Assembly: GCF_044704955.1 (NCBI RefSeq)
Contig: NC_091978.1
Coordinates: 212,598,001-212,662,000 of the forward strand
Length of the DNA: 64,000 nucleotides
Source: Pristiophorus japonicus
Taxonomy: Eukaryota
Direction of reading: 5' to 3'
Both the position numbers and the translations under genes were made by a program. Below are positions 52,108-63,217 of this stretch, in pieces (the stretch's first letter is position 1; every line of letters starts with the position of its first letter). A model generated the notes under the pieces. It ran no database searches and was not told where the DNA came from. It saw only the letters and a list, made by a program, of their open reading frames with translations.

Positions 52108-52311
52108 CTGGAAAATCTTCTCAGAAATCTCGTGATCCAGAATTGGTATTTGTTTATAATTATGAAACTCTGCCACCTTTTCATTTCGGAGCTGTAGAAG
52201 TCGGAATCTCTTGGATTTATTGAAATCTTCTCCTGAAACAAAGTTAAACTCTTGTTGCAGCTGCTCAAGTCTGAAGTAATCCTCATCCTGAGCTTCACCA
52301 CTTGTTGCACC
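52108..52311 (-). CDS. CC2D2A: CC2D2A coding exon (first in window), 204 nt, phase 0-0
   Basis: tgtag|GGT...CAG|gtaag. Translates [68 protein letters not shown], matching recalled human CC2D2[22 protein letters not shown]. Confidence 0.93.
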
Positions 52312-52623
52312 CTACAAAAACAACAACTTGTGTTTATATACCTCATTTCACAAAAAGAAATGCTCTATGTTGCTTCACAAATAAGGAAAACAGAACCAGG
52401 GTAGGAATTGGAGAAATGGAGTAGTAAGCAAAAGTTTTGTTCAAGAAATGGATTTTGAGGTTTTTAAAAAGGTGAAGAGAGAAGTGGAACTGCGTAGGGG
52501 TCTGGGGATGGAATCCCAGAGGGTAGCACTGGCACAACTGATGGCTCTACTATCTTATGAGAGGCAAAAAGGAGGAGCTTTGTAATGAAGGCTGGACTTA
52601 GAGGAAGAAAGTATTTGAGAGGG

Positions 52624-53123
52624 TGAAGTGGGAATTCAAGACTTAAACATGTTTTAGATTAGGAAGGCAAAAACACAATTTGCTGATGTGGCAGAATTAG
52701 TAGGTGCAACTGTAGGACAATGGTACAGTTCCTGTTATTCAGAGCTAAGGTCGTAGACCTAGGAAGTAGCTTCCTATTGTATTCAGAACTTAGAAATAAA
52801 TTCCTGTTAGTGGCAGGAGGCAGGACCCAGGATACATATGTTCATACCCAAGGAGGATGTGAAACAATTAACAAAGTTGGAATCTGCAACAAAGTGAAAA
52901 GAAATTGTCACGCAGTAGAAAGACTGACCAATGATAATGTAAATGATGATTTTGCAAAGAATTCTGTATAAAAGAAGCAGCTACTAAAGTGTTTGACGAG
53001 AATGATTCGGAAGGCATCCAGTTAAGGAACTGGTGTAGACTGTGTCTCCCTTGATCAAGCAATTAAACAATTCTTTTCTCCACAACAGACCTGTGTTGAG
53101 TGTCTTTGTCATACTCTACATCA
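52624..53123 (+). repeat. ERV 5' LTR
   Basis: TGAAG...CATCA. CCAAT 52928-52932, TATAAAA 52967-52973, ATTAAA 53062-53067. About 90% identical to the 3' LTR by manual comparison. Confidence 0.93.
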
Positions 53124-53125
53124 AA

Positions 53126-53143
53126 TGGCGTAGTCTGGCAGGA
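53126..53143 (+). promoter_or_regulatory. Primer-binding site, tRNA-Ser
   Basis: TGGCGTAGTCTGGCAGGA lies 2 nt after the LTR. It is the complement of the tRNA-Ser 3' end (TGGCGTAGTCGGCAGGA) with a 1-nt insertion. Confidence 0.85.
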
Positions 53144-54525
53144 CGCACCCGGGCGAGAGATAGACGGACGTTTGCAGACCATTAAGAGTGAGTATATTTT
53201 AAATACCACTCATAAATCTGATGTAATCTGCCGCGAAATGTGTCGGTCGCCTGGGGTGTTCGAACTTGTGAGAAAGGTCTGTAATGGTATAAAAGACTTG
53301 ACGATAATTATCAAAGTAGGATCGGCTTCGTAGGTTTGTAATTGCAGAGCCTAGGTTCAAGTAAACCAGGTTAAAGGAAACCAGGTTAAAGGGGACAACG
53401 AACCGATAGAATGGTAGACGTATCAAAAATAAATGGCGTGACAAGATATGCTAGATTAGGGGCTGGGAGGTTCGCTGAGTAGGTATTTTGCCGACGACCA
53501 TAAAAAATTGATAGTTACTATGTTATATTGTTTGCAATATAAGACCATGGCCAGGTCTCAATTAGAGGAATTGCGCAAATTAAGAGTAGGGGATAGAGTG
53601 GGTAGATCTAAGAAGAATATAACACCGACACAGAAGATTCATCTTTTGTGCCGAGGAAGAGAAAGATAAGCTTGTTGAATGAAAGTGGTTGCGTGGAAGT
53701 TTTCTTGACTATAGAATATTTGAGTGGGAGTTAATGAATTTTCCAGTTGTCTGAAAGCCGGTCTTTTAAAAGATAAATAGTGCATCTGTATCTTTGTTTT
53801 AACTCCACCCACTTTTCCGGGCAGTGAGCTGAAAGTTTTTAACCTTTGTGGCGTTGTCCTCGATGTGGGAAGTTTAAGAAAATGTGAAGAAGTTAAATTG
53901 TGTATCTCGAATTGAATGACACTTTAAGTTAGAAACACAGATATGGATTTATTTTGATGATAAGTTACAGAGCTAGAAAATGTACAAAGGATGGGTTTGT
54001 TTAACAAAAGATAAAACTTCAATTAAAAATGTGTGGTCTAATTTTAAATCAATTAGAATCATAAACAAAGTGTTGTCTTTTCAATTTGGTTATTGCAGGC
54101 CGAGACGCTCAACAATTACTTGTGTAAAAAAAACACACGTAATCATTCATTACATTGGGTTGAAAGATAATAAATTTAGTCTATGAGTGAGATAAATAAA
54201 GGAGATGGGAGAGTGTAATGTCTTTTTAAAAAAGGCCTGCGTGGGTTTCTTGAGGCTACAGGCTGGGGAAGTTCCGCCCTCGTTTCCTTTGTGTAGGATC
54301 TTATTTTAAATGACGTGAAAGCTTCTAGTTCAATAAAAGAGATTTAATAAAAAGATTTGCAGTACAGTATTTGAATTGGGATTTTGAGATATTCTTCTTG
54401 ATAAACATTTTAGTTGCATTGGAAAATCTTGGGTTTGGAAACCTTTGTAAAAGAAATAATAATAAACAGTTTAAAAAAAAATACTAAAAGTTTGGAAACA
54501 ATCTAAAAATTTTCTCTGATGAGAG

Positions 54526-56520
54526 ACAGAATTGCACGGGGACAGAATGAGACCCATAGCTTACTATTCAACCCAACAATCACCAGTAGCCGTGGGCTTG
54601 TCCAGATGCGTGGCTGCACTAGACTGCGCCACATGGGCAGTCAAGGTCAGCGAACCTGTCGTGATGACAGGCAAAATTGTCCTACACACCAAACACACTC
54701 TGGTAGAAATATTGAATACTGGAAAGCTCCAGACCGTCTTCAATGTCCGCCGAGCGAAGTGGGAAGCCGTTTTACTGCCCCACGATGAATCAGTAAAGAT
54801 AGTCAGAGACACCTGGGAAAACCCGGCAGAAGGAATCCTCACTTGGTGGAGCCCCACGAGTGTAACGCATTAGAATGGGAAGATTCCCCAGGGAATATAA
54901 GTGAGGTAGCTCTCGAAAACCCAGAGCTCACATTGTATGTGGACGGATCCCGATGGTACGTCGACAGCCACCCATGTATGGAATGGATGGTATTAAACCA
55001 ACATCTTGAGGTAGTGATGCAGGGAGCGCTGGACGGAGGCCTTTCGGCCCAAGTAGCAGAATTCACCGCACTGACGGAAGCCTTATTACTGGCAGAGGGA
55101 AAGACAGTGAATATATATACAGACAGTAGGTAAGCCTTTGGGATAGTACATGACTACATGGTAGCATGGGGAAGGAGAGGCCATCAAATATGATGAACAT
55201 ATAAAATTATTATTAGAAGCAGCCAGCAAACCAGCTAAAGCAGCAGTGATAAAGGTAAAGGCCCATTAACGAGTAGTGGATGAAATACAGCGTGGAAATG
55301 AGGCTGCGGACAATACCGCCCGAGAAGCGGCCACATCCGCAGACATAAAGATAGAGTCAGTCGGTAGCATTACTACAGAAGAGGACATAAACATAGTTAA
55401 ATTGCACGCAGATACGAACGAGGAAGAACGAGCAGAATGGGAGAGGAAGGGAGGATCACCTGGTATAGACTCCGTGTGGAGAAAGGACGGAAAGTTGTTG
55501 GCTCCTTCCTGCATTCAGCAAATGATCATGGAGTTACACCACGGCATTAACCATGCTGGGCGTAACACCATGATATCCAATATCTCATGGGATTGGTGGT
55601 GGCTGGGAATTGAGCGCGATTTTGCTAAACATTGTCAGCACTGTGTTACGTGCGCCCAACATAATGTGGGAAAAGTGATAAAAATAAGGATGGTGCACCA
55701 ACCCCGCCCACGGGGACCATGGGAAAACATACAGATTGATTTTACTGGGACCCGAATAAACTCCAGGGGAAGGAAGTACTGCTTGGTGATTATTGACCAG
55801 TTTACAAGGTGGATGGAAGCATTTGCCACCCGCAATTGTACCGCAACCACGGTAGCCTGTATATTAGCAGAAGAGGTCATTCCTAGATGGGGAATTCCCA
55901 TTCAGATAGATTCGGACCAAGGGACTCATTTCACAGGAAAGGTAATGAAGGAAACTTGTAAAATACTGAACATTAAGTAGAAATTCCAAATCCCCTACCA
56001 TCCCCAGAGTTCAGGAATGGAAGAAAGAATAAATAGAACCCTCAAAACCTCCCTGAGTAAAGCAATCCAGGGAACCGGACAGGCAGGGTCGGAACTCCTG
56101 CCCATCATATTGATGAGACTGCATGCTACACCGAACCGCACAACAGGACTCACCCCTTACGAACTAATGACTGGATGAGCAATGAAACTCCCTGAGGGAA
56201 TAGTAACAGGAGGAGTAGAGTTAGAAGCATTACGTGATAGAATTAGGAAGTATGTGATGGAACTGGGTAAGCAGTTGAAAGGTATGTGACAGGAAGTGCG
56301 AGATAAGCAGGAAGAGGAAGACGAGGATAAAGGAACAAAACCCCCGGCGGTAGTACCCGAGGTGGGGGCAAGGGTAATGGTCTAGAGTGTTATCAGAGAA
56401 ACCTGGATTCGTCCCTCGAAAGGGCGGACTCTATGAGGTATGATTAGCGGAGACACGTGGGCATGTGTAAATATGAAAGGTGGGGGCTGATGGAAACATT
56501 GGTCCCAGCTGAAAGAATAA
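54526..56520 (+). pseudogene. pol: ERV pol remnant: tether/connection, RNase H and integrase
   Basis: RPIAYYS (tether); LYVDGS..SAQVAEFTALTEAL..VNIYTDS (RNase H); HHGINH..CVTC (HHCC); IQIDF..IDSDQGTHF (DDE); WKHWSQLK (C-terminus). Multiple stops. Confidence 0.92.
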
Positions 56521-56531
56521 GGAGTGGAGAG

Positions 56532-58487
56532 ATGCATTGATAGATGGACTTTTCGGGGGACTAGGATTAATATTTGCAATACTAGGGGTACTTGCTATAA
56601 TAAAATGGATCTGGGAAAGGTCACATGCCGGAGAAACGGTGCATACAATCCGGTAGAAGTAGAAATGGTAAGAATCTAACTAAAAGCCTGGAATATCCAG
56701 GATGTGTTTTATCAACAGAATGTATATAAACGTGATCACCACCGCCCTCATAATTCTAGTAGCCCATCACCCGCCCCAGAGGGAAGTACAAGTTGTGACA
56801 ATTATACAGGAGGGGGAACGATGTTCCTGTATAAGAGGAGAACTCCAAGGTGCCCTCACATAACAAAGGGGGCCAAAGGGGGGTTAGTAATGAAATACAC
56901 GAAGGAAAAAAATACACTTTGGAATAGGACAGAAGATAATCACGATATTTCTAAATCTGACCAGATCCTGCGGGTCAAAAACAATAAGAATGTATAAAAA
57001 TCTGACACTGCGGGCCTTAGATGGATCCGAGACTAAGACCCTGAGGTTTATCACATTAAACGAGGAGGTTAGATGAAAAAGGGAGATATTAGAAATGATG
57101 GGCGCGGGATATGCGGCGGGCGTAGCCACGGTAAACACTATAGATCTCCAGATGGTAGAAGAGCAGGTTAACACATACACCCAAACCCTAAGAGGGTTGC
57201 TGGAAAGGGGAAATGATAATGAGAAAATGCAGGTCCAATTGGGAGATGGGGCCGAGCGAGAATTGTTACAAGTGGTCCACCCACTAAGGGATCATGCCAA
57301 GACAATTAACTTAATAAACGCGAACCAAAAGTACAATAGTGAAAGTGGACGAAATGCCGCAGTATGCGCCGGGTATGGAGCATGGATGATAAGTACAGTA
57401 GAACATAACTTAGAACAGCTACAAAATGGGGAGGTCCCAGATTGGATAACCATTGATGTATTCAGGGAATGGACCTTGAGAAAAAGGGAAACAGATGCCT
57501 GTGAAATTAGACGAAACAGCCATGCATGGGTTCCTAAAACTAAATGTGTAACTGGTCATCAGAATATAATCGGATTTGTACTGTCAATACCACAATATGA
57601 TGTGACCAAGAGAAACCTCCTGTATAAAGTTGACAATATAGGAGAAATAAGAAACCAAACACGGGTCAGATACCACAAACTGCACCAATATGTTATTAAG
57701 AAGGGAGATGATGCCAAGGGTGTGTGCATTACAGATTGTTATAAGAATAACCAGGTTGGTTTGTGCTGAGAACATCCCAAATTTGATCAAGATGATTGTG
57801 GATACAGCCGTACAGAAGGATGCATCCTGAGCATAACCGTGCTGATGCTGGATTTCAAGACAACAGCAGCACCACGAAGTAATGGGCAATGGTGTGTCAG
57901 CACCACAGCCACAAACATGACTGTGGGAGGAGTAACACACTGCCCACTGCCCCATCACTACCACCGACTTTTGCTTTATGATCAGAGAAGAGGTTAATAT
58001 TCAGGGACATATTATATATCCAGAATTAAAAGAAGAAACTATCAGTGGAATAATGGTAGACACTATAAAGGCAGGGTACGAAGGCTTCAAAGAGCCTCAA
58101 GGAAAACCTATTTCCAAACTAAGTGAGGAACAGACAGCGTTGGAGAAGAGTGTCCCTGAGCAATGACAAAAATACATCATCCTGATGAAAGAGATTGTTG
58201 AGCTGCAAAAGGACACGAAGAAAGTGCTGGCCAATTAACCCTGGTATACACGACTATGGGATTTGGGACTTAATGTTCATGTACACCCTTGGATAAGAAT
58301 TATGTCACATGTATTAGTGATAGTGCAGATGTTGGTTATACTTATATTACTGTTTGACTGGTGCTTTAGATGTAGGAGGAGAAGGATGAAAGCGCTGGTA
58401 AAAGCCGCTCATAAATACGAAAGGAAGCCTTCGCTGAAAATAGGTAACAGGCGAGACGAACCAAACCAACACGACTACCTGATATGA
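56532..58487 (+). pseudogene. env: ERV env remnant of atypical architecture
   Basis: Hydrophobic leader GLGLIFAILGVLA; furin-like R*KR at 57071-57082; fusion-peptide-like EILEMMGAGYAAGVATVNTIDL; heptad region; Cys-rich region; anchor IMSHVLVIVQMLVILILLF and a basic tail. Confidence 0.82.
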
Positions 58488-58611
58488 ATCGTGAGTGTCC
58501 CAATCCTATCGCCTGATTAACGAAATCGGGGTGGGAGACACACAAGCCTAGTAAGGTAAAAGAATTGGTCACGGTGGGTTAATAGAATAACCATGTGACC
58601 AAAGTGGGGAT

Positions 58612-59112
58612 TGAAGCAGGTATTAAGGAGTTAAACATGTTTTAGATTAGGAAGGCAAAAACACAATTTGCTGATGTGGCAGAATTAGCACTGTAGGACA
58701 ATGGTACAGTTCCTGTTATTCAGAGCTAAGGTTGTAGGCCTAGGAAGTGGCTTCCTGTTGTATTCAGAACTTAGAAATAAATTCCTGCTGGTGGCAGGAG
58801 GCAGGATGTAGGATACATATGTTCATACCCAAGGAGGATGTAAAACAATTAACAAAGTTGAAATTAAACAATCTCTAACAAAACAAAAGAAAATTGTCAC
58901 GCGGTAGAAAGACTAACCAATGATAATGTAAGTGATGACTTTACAAAGAATTCTGTATAAAAGAAGCAGCTCCTAAAGTGTTCGACGAGAACGGTTGGGA
59001 GGGCACCCAGTTAAGGAATTGGTGTAGACCGTGTCTTCCTTGATCAAGCAATTAAACAATTATTTTCTCCACAACAGGCCTGTGTTGAGTGTCTTTGTCA
59101 TACTCCACATCA
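58612..59112 (+). repeat. ERV 3' LTR, preceded by the polypurine tract AAAGTGGGGA (58601-58610)
   Basis: TGAAG...CATCA followed by the TSD GAGGG. Confidence 0.93.
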
Positions 59113-59972
59113 GAGGGTATATAGGGTTGGAGGAGATTGCAGAGCTAGGATGGGGCAAAACCATGGAGGAATTTATAGGGCAGGATTTTGAATTTAAGGT
59201 ATTGCAGCATGAGGAGCCAATGCAGATCATCACGGATGGTGATTATGGTGAGTAGGACTTAGTTCAGGATATGGAGGGTGAAGTTTGGGAGACTACCAAA
59301 GAGTAGTCATGGAGAGAGATAGAGCTGGTATCATCATTGTATATGTGAAAATGATCTCATACCTGCTAATAATGTTGCCGAGACATATGTAGATAGAGAA
59401 GAAGGGGCAAAGATAGATGTTTTGGGAACTCTGCTGGCAGTAGTGTGAGGAAGGAAGAGAAGGCATTGATGAAAGTGCACTGGCTACATTTGGACAGTTA
59501 CGGTTTGGACAGTTACGGACAGAACTATGCAAGAGCAGTCCTAAAGAGGTGAATGGAGAGGTGTTGGAGGATGATGATGTGGTTATTCTCATTGGATGCT
59601 GAGAGAAAGTCAAGAAGGAATAATGCACCATGGTTACAGTCATAGTGGATGTCATTTGCAACTCTGGGTAGTGCCATTTTGGTGCTGTAAGAAAGATAGA
59701 AAGCAAACTGGAAGGATCTCAATGGGAAGTTCTTGTCGACATAGGTATTGAGCTGGGATATGATGAGATGTTCAAGGACATTAGAGAAGAAAAGCAAGTT
59801 GAAAATTGCATGATAGTTGGATAGGACAGATGAGTTGAGGTTAGATTTTTTGAGGATGTAAAGAGTTAATGTTGGCTTTGAAGAGAGAGGGATAATGTCC
59901 GAGTAAAGGGAACCATTAACAATGCTGGCTAGTATATATGCCAGGAAGGGCAGTTGAGTGATCAGAAATTAA

Positions 59973-61355
59973 GGGCTAGACTTTCCACTATGATCACTAT
60001 CGCCCAAAAATGGGCGACATTTATGGCCTTAGTGCTTTTATTATTTTCCATGATCACTGGCATATCGCCCATTTTAAAAAGCGCTAGTTTCGCCTTTTTA
60101 TTTTGGGCGATTGCCTTAGCGACGTGAAATGGGCCTTAGCGATGTATTCAGTTGTGCAAGGCTGGCGTCCATTGCAACGGCTGTTCTGCATATGTGCGGT
60201 TTTTTTTAGCAAAGAAGTTTTCCCACGATTCGGGAGTTCAGGGGTCATCTGCGCATGCTCAGAAGAGAGGGAGAGAGAGAAGGAGAGAGAAGGGAAGCAG
60301 TCTGTTAACTTTTAAGGCTGTCGAGTGATACAAGTATGCAGCAGGAGGAGTGGTCAGGGAGACGGAGGGTGAAACCTTCTCGGATGAGGAGAATGAGGCC
60401 CTCGTAAATGAGGTGGAAAATAGGTGGGGCCAATTAACCCGGGGTGGGTGTGGGAAACCTCCCCCCACCCCCGGACCTATCAAAAAATATGGGGCGATAT
60501 CACCGCCGTTATTTCTTGTGTGGCCCACGATAGGTGTGAGGCAGACCAGGGCTGCAAGAGGTGGAGCAGCCTGGTTGTTCGGCAAGAGTAAGTATTAAAT
60601 TATTACATTTTAAATTGTTATGATGCAATGAATTAATTAGAATGTAAATCTGCCAGATTGTAATTAAGCTGAGTAATCTTGGGTAGCTTCCCTGCTAAGA
60701 TTTACACTGGGGTCAGAACCTCCACCCTTTAAGTCTAATTTTGCTCAGATGCCTCAATCAACAGTATTAATTATTATTGAAAGGAATGACTGGAAACAGA
60801 CAGACCTCAAACATTCTGTATTTCTACCACGTTTGTTTAGGAGGAGAATTTTTGTGTGCTGTGAGCAAGTCTTTAACTTGGGCACCATCTCCTTTTTGGT
60901 TACATTGGTGAATGGGGCACGACTGAGCACTGAGGGGTCCGGTCACCTTTACCCAGACTGTGTGAGCCTCTCCGGCTGCTGTCACTCACACCGTGACCCA
61001 GCCTGGACTGGAAGAGAGCTGTCCCAGCTCACTGTCTGCCCTGGGACACTTTGGGACATTAGCTCCGGTCACATGGAGGCCTCCGAGCACAGCCCAAGGA
61101 CACGGTGCCACCTCCCATTACACTCCGAGCTCACCAGCGGTGCTCATTCCCTCCCCTGGGGGACCTCCATCAATTCAAATAAACGGCATACCTCCCCTCA
61201 GGCGCCGCAGAATGGCCGTGGATGGGGCCTTTCCTGGAGATTGTACGCGAGATATTTGGCGTCAAGCATTAGTTCCTAAACACGATCTTATTAAATATTT
61301 TCTCTGAACGTAAATGTTATAACCATGCATCCATTGTGGATACAAACCGTATTAG
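59973..61355 (+). mobile_element. Harbinger-derived element with a Myb/SANT-like ORF remnant (~60350-60590)
   Basis: TAA|GGGCTAGACTTTCCACT terminus. FSDEENEALVNEVENRWGQL..YQKIWGDI..EADQGCKRWSSL followed by gtaagt. The right TIR was not seen. Confidence 0.65.
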
Positions 61356-63217
61356 CATAGAAACATAGAAAATAGGAGCAGTAGTAGGCCATTCAGCCCT
61401 TCGAGTCTGCACCGCCTTTCAATATCATGGCTGATCCTTTATCTCAACACCATATTCCCGCTTTTTCTCCATATCCCTTAATGTCTTTTGTTTCTAGAAA
61501 TCTATCTATCTCCCTCTTAAATATATTCAGTGACTTGGCCTCCACAGCCTTCTGTGGTACAGAATCCCACAGGTTCACCACTCTCTGAGTGAAAATATTT
61601 CTCCTCATCTCGGTCCTAAATTTCCGACCCCGTATCCTGAGACTGTGACCCCTTGTTCTAGACTTCCCAGCCAGGGGAAACATCTTCCCCGCATCCAGTC
61701 TATCCAACCCAGTCAGAATTTTATATGTTTCAATGAGATCCCCTCTCATTCTTCTAAACGCTAGTGAATACAGGCCTAGTCGACCCAATCTCTCCTCATA
61801 CGACAGTCCTGCCATCCCAGGAATCAATCTGGTGAACTTTTGCTGCATTCCCTCTATGGCAAGTATATCCTTTCTTAGGTAAGGAGAGCAAAACTGCACA
61901 CAATATTCCAGGTGCGGTCTCACCAAGGCCCTGTATAACTGCAGCAAGACATCCTTGCTCTTATACTCAAATCCTCTTGCAATGAAGGCCAACATACCAT
62001 TTGCCTTTCTAACTGTTTGCTGCACCTGCATGTTTGCTTTCAGTGACTGGTGTACAAGAACACCCAGGTCCCTCTCTACATCAACACTTCCCAAGCCATC
62101 ACCATTTAATAATACTTTGTCCTTATGTTTTTCCTACCAAAGTGGATAACTTCACATTTATCCACGTTATACTGCATCTGCCATGTGTTTGCCCACTCAC
62201 TCAACCTATCTAAATCACATTGCAGTGTCTTTGCATCCTCCTCACAACTCACAATCCAACCAAGTTTTGTGTCGTCAGCAAACTTGGAAATATTACATTT
62301 GGTTCCCTCATCCAAATCATTTATATATATTGTAAATAGCTGGGGCCCAAGCACTGATCCCTGTGGTACCCCACCAGTCACTGCCCGCCAACCCGAAAAT
62401 ACCAGTTTATTCTTTCTCTCTTTCCTGTCAGTTAACCAACTTTCAATCCATGCCTGTATATTACCCCCAAATCCTTTGTGTTTTAATTTTGCACACTAAC
62501 CTCTTATGTGGGACTTTATCAAAGGCCTTCTGAAAATCCAAAATACACTACATCCACTGGTTCTCCCTTATCTATTCTATCAGTTACATCCTCAAAAAAC
62601 TCCAGTAGGTTTGTCAAACATGATTTTCCTTTCATAAATCTATGTTGACTTTGTTTAATCCCGTTGACATTATCTAAGTGTGCCGTTATCATATCCTTTA
62701 AAATAGACTCTAGCATTTTCCCTACTACTGATGTTAGGCTAACCGGTCTGTCGTTCCCCGTTTTCTCTCTCCATCTTTTTTTAAATAGTGGGGTTACATT
62801 TGCCACCCTCTAATCTGCAGGAACTGTTCCATATTCTATAGAATTTTGGAAGATGACAACCAATGCATATTTCCATGGCTACCTCTTTTTAGTATTCTGG
62901 GATGCAGATCAGCAGGCCCTGGGGATTTTTCAGCCTTCAGTCCCATTAGTTTCTCCAGCACTATTTTCTTACTAATAATCATTTCCTTTAATTCCTCTTG
63001 TTCACTAGACCCTTGGTTCCCTAGAATTTCTGGGACGTTATTTGTGTCCTCTTCCACTCTTCCATGAAGACAGAACCGAAGTATTTAATTAATTGTTCTG
63101 CCATTTCCTTGTTCCCCATTACAAATTCTCCTGTTTCCAACTGTAAAGGACCTATATTTGTCTTCAATAATCTTTTTCTTTTTACGTACTTGTAGAAACT
63201 TTTGCAGTGGGGTTTTA
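61356..63217 (-). mobile_element. CR1 LINE (RT + 3' end), interrupted at ~63217
   Basis: Minus-strand ORFs 61444-62094, 62106-62381, 62519-62806 and 62836-63057; tail catagaaacatagaaa. Confidence 0.92.

Larger units (their letters stand above)
52624..59112 (+). mobile_element. Endogenous retrovirus, defective provirus (LTR-PBS-partial pol-env-PPT-LTR)
   Basis: Two ~500-bp TG..CA LTRs; 5-bp TSD GAGGG (52619-52623, 59113-59117); PBS; PPT; tether, RNase H, integrase and env remnants. Confidence 0.95.
52320..59970 (-). mobile_element. Old L2 LINE (52320-52623 and 59113-59970) split by the ERV
   Basis: L2 tail at 52321. Minus-strand RT remnant SFQFAFYLSYSTKMALPRVANDI..LLDFLSA at 59525-59797. Confidence 0.7.

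Noticed and set aside
14647-52311. Assignment to the paralog CC2D2B
   Set aside because: Exon peptides match recalled CC2D2A closely (e.g. [28 protein letters not shown]). This was not tested by phylogeny or synteny.
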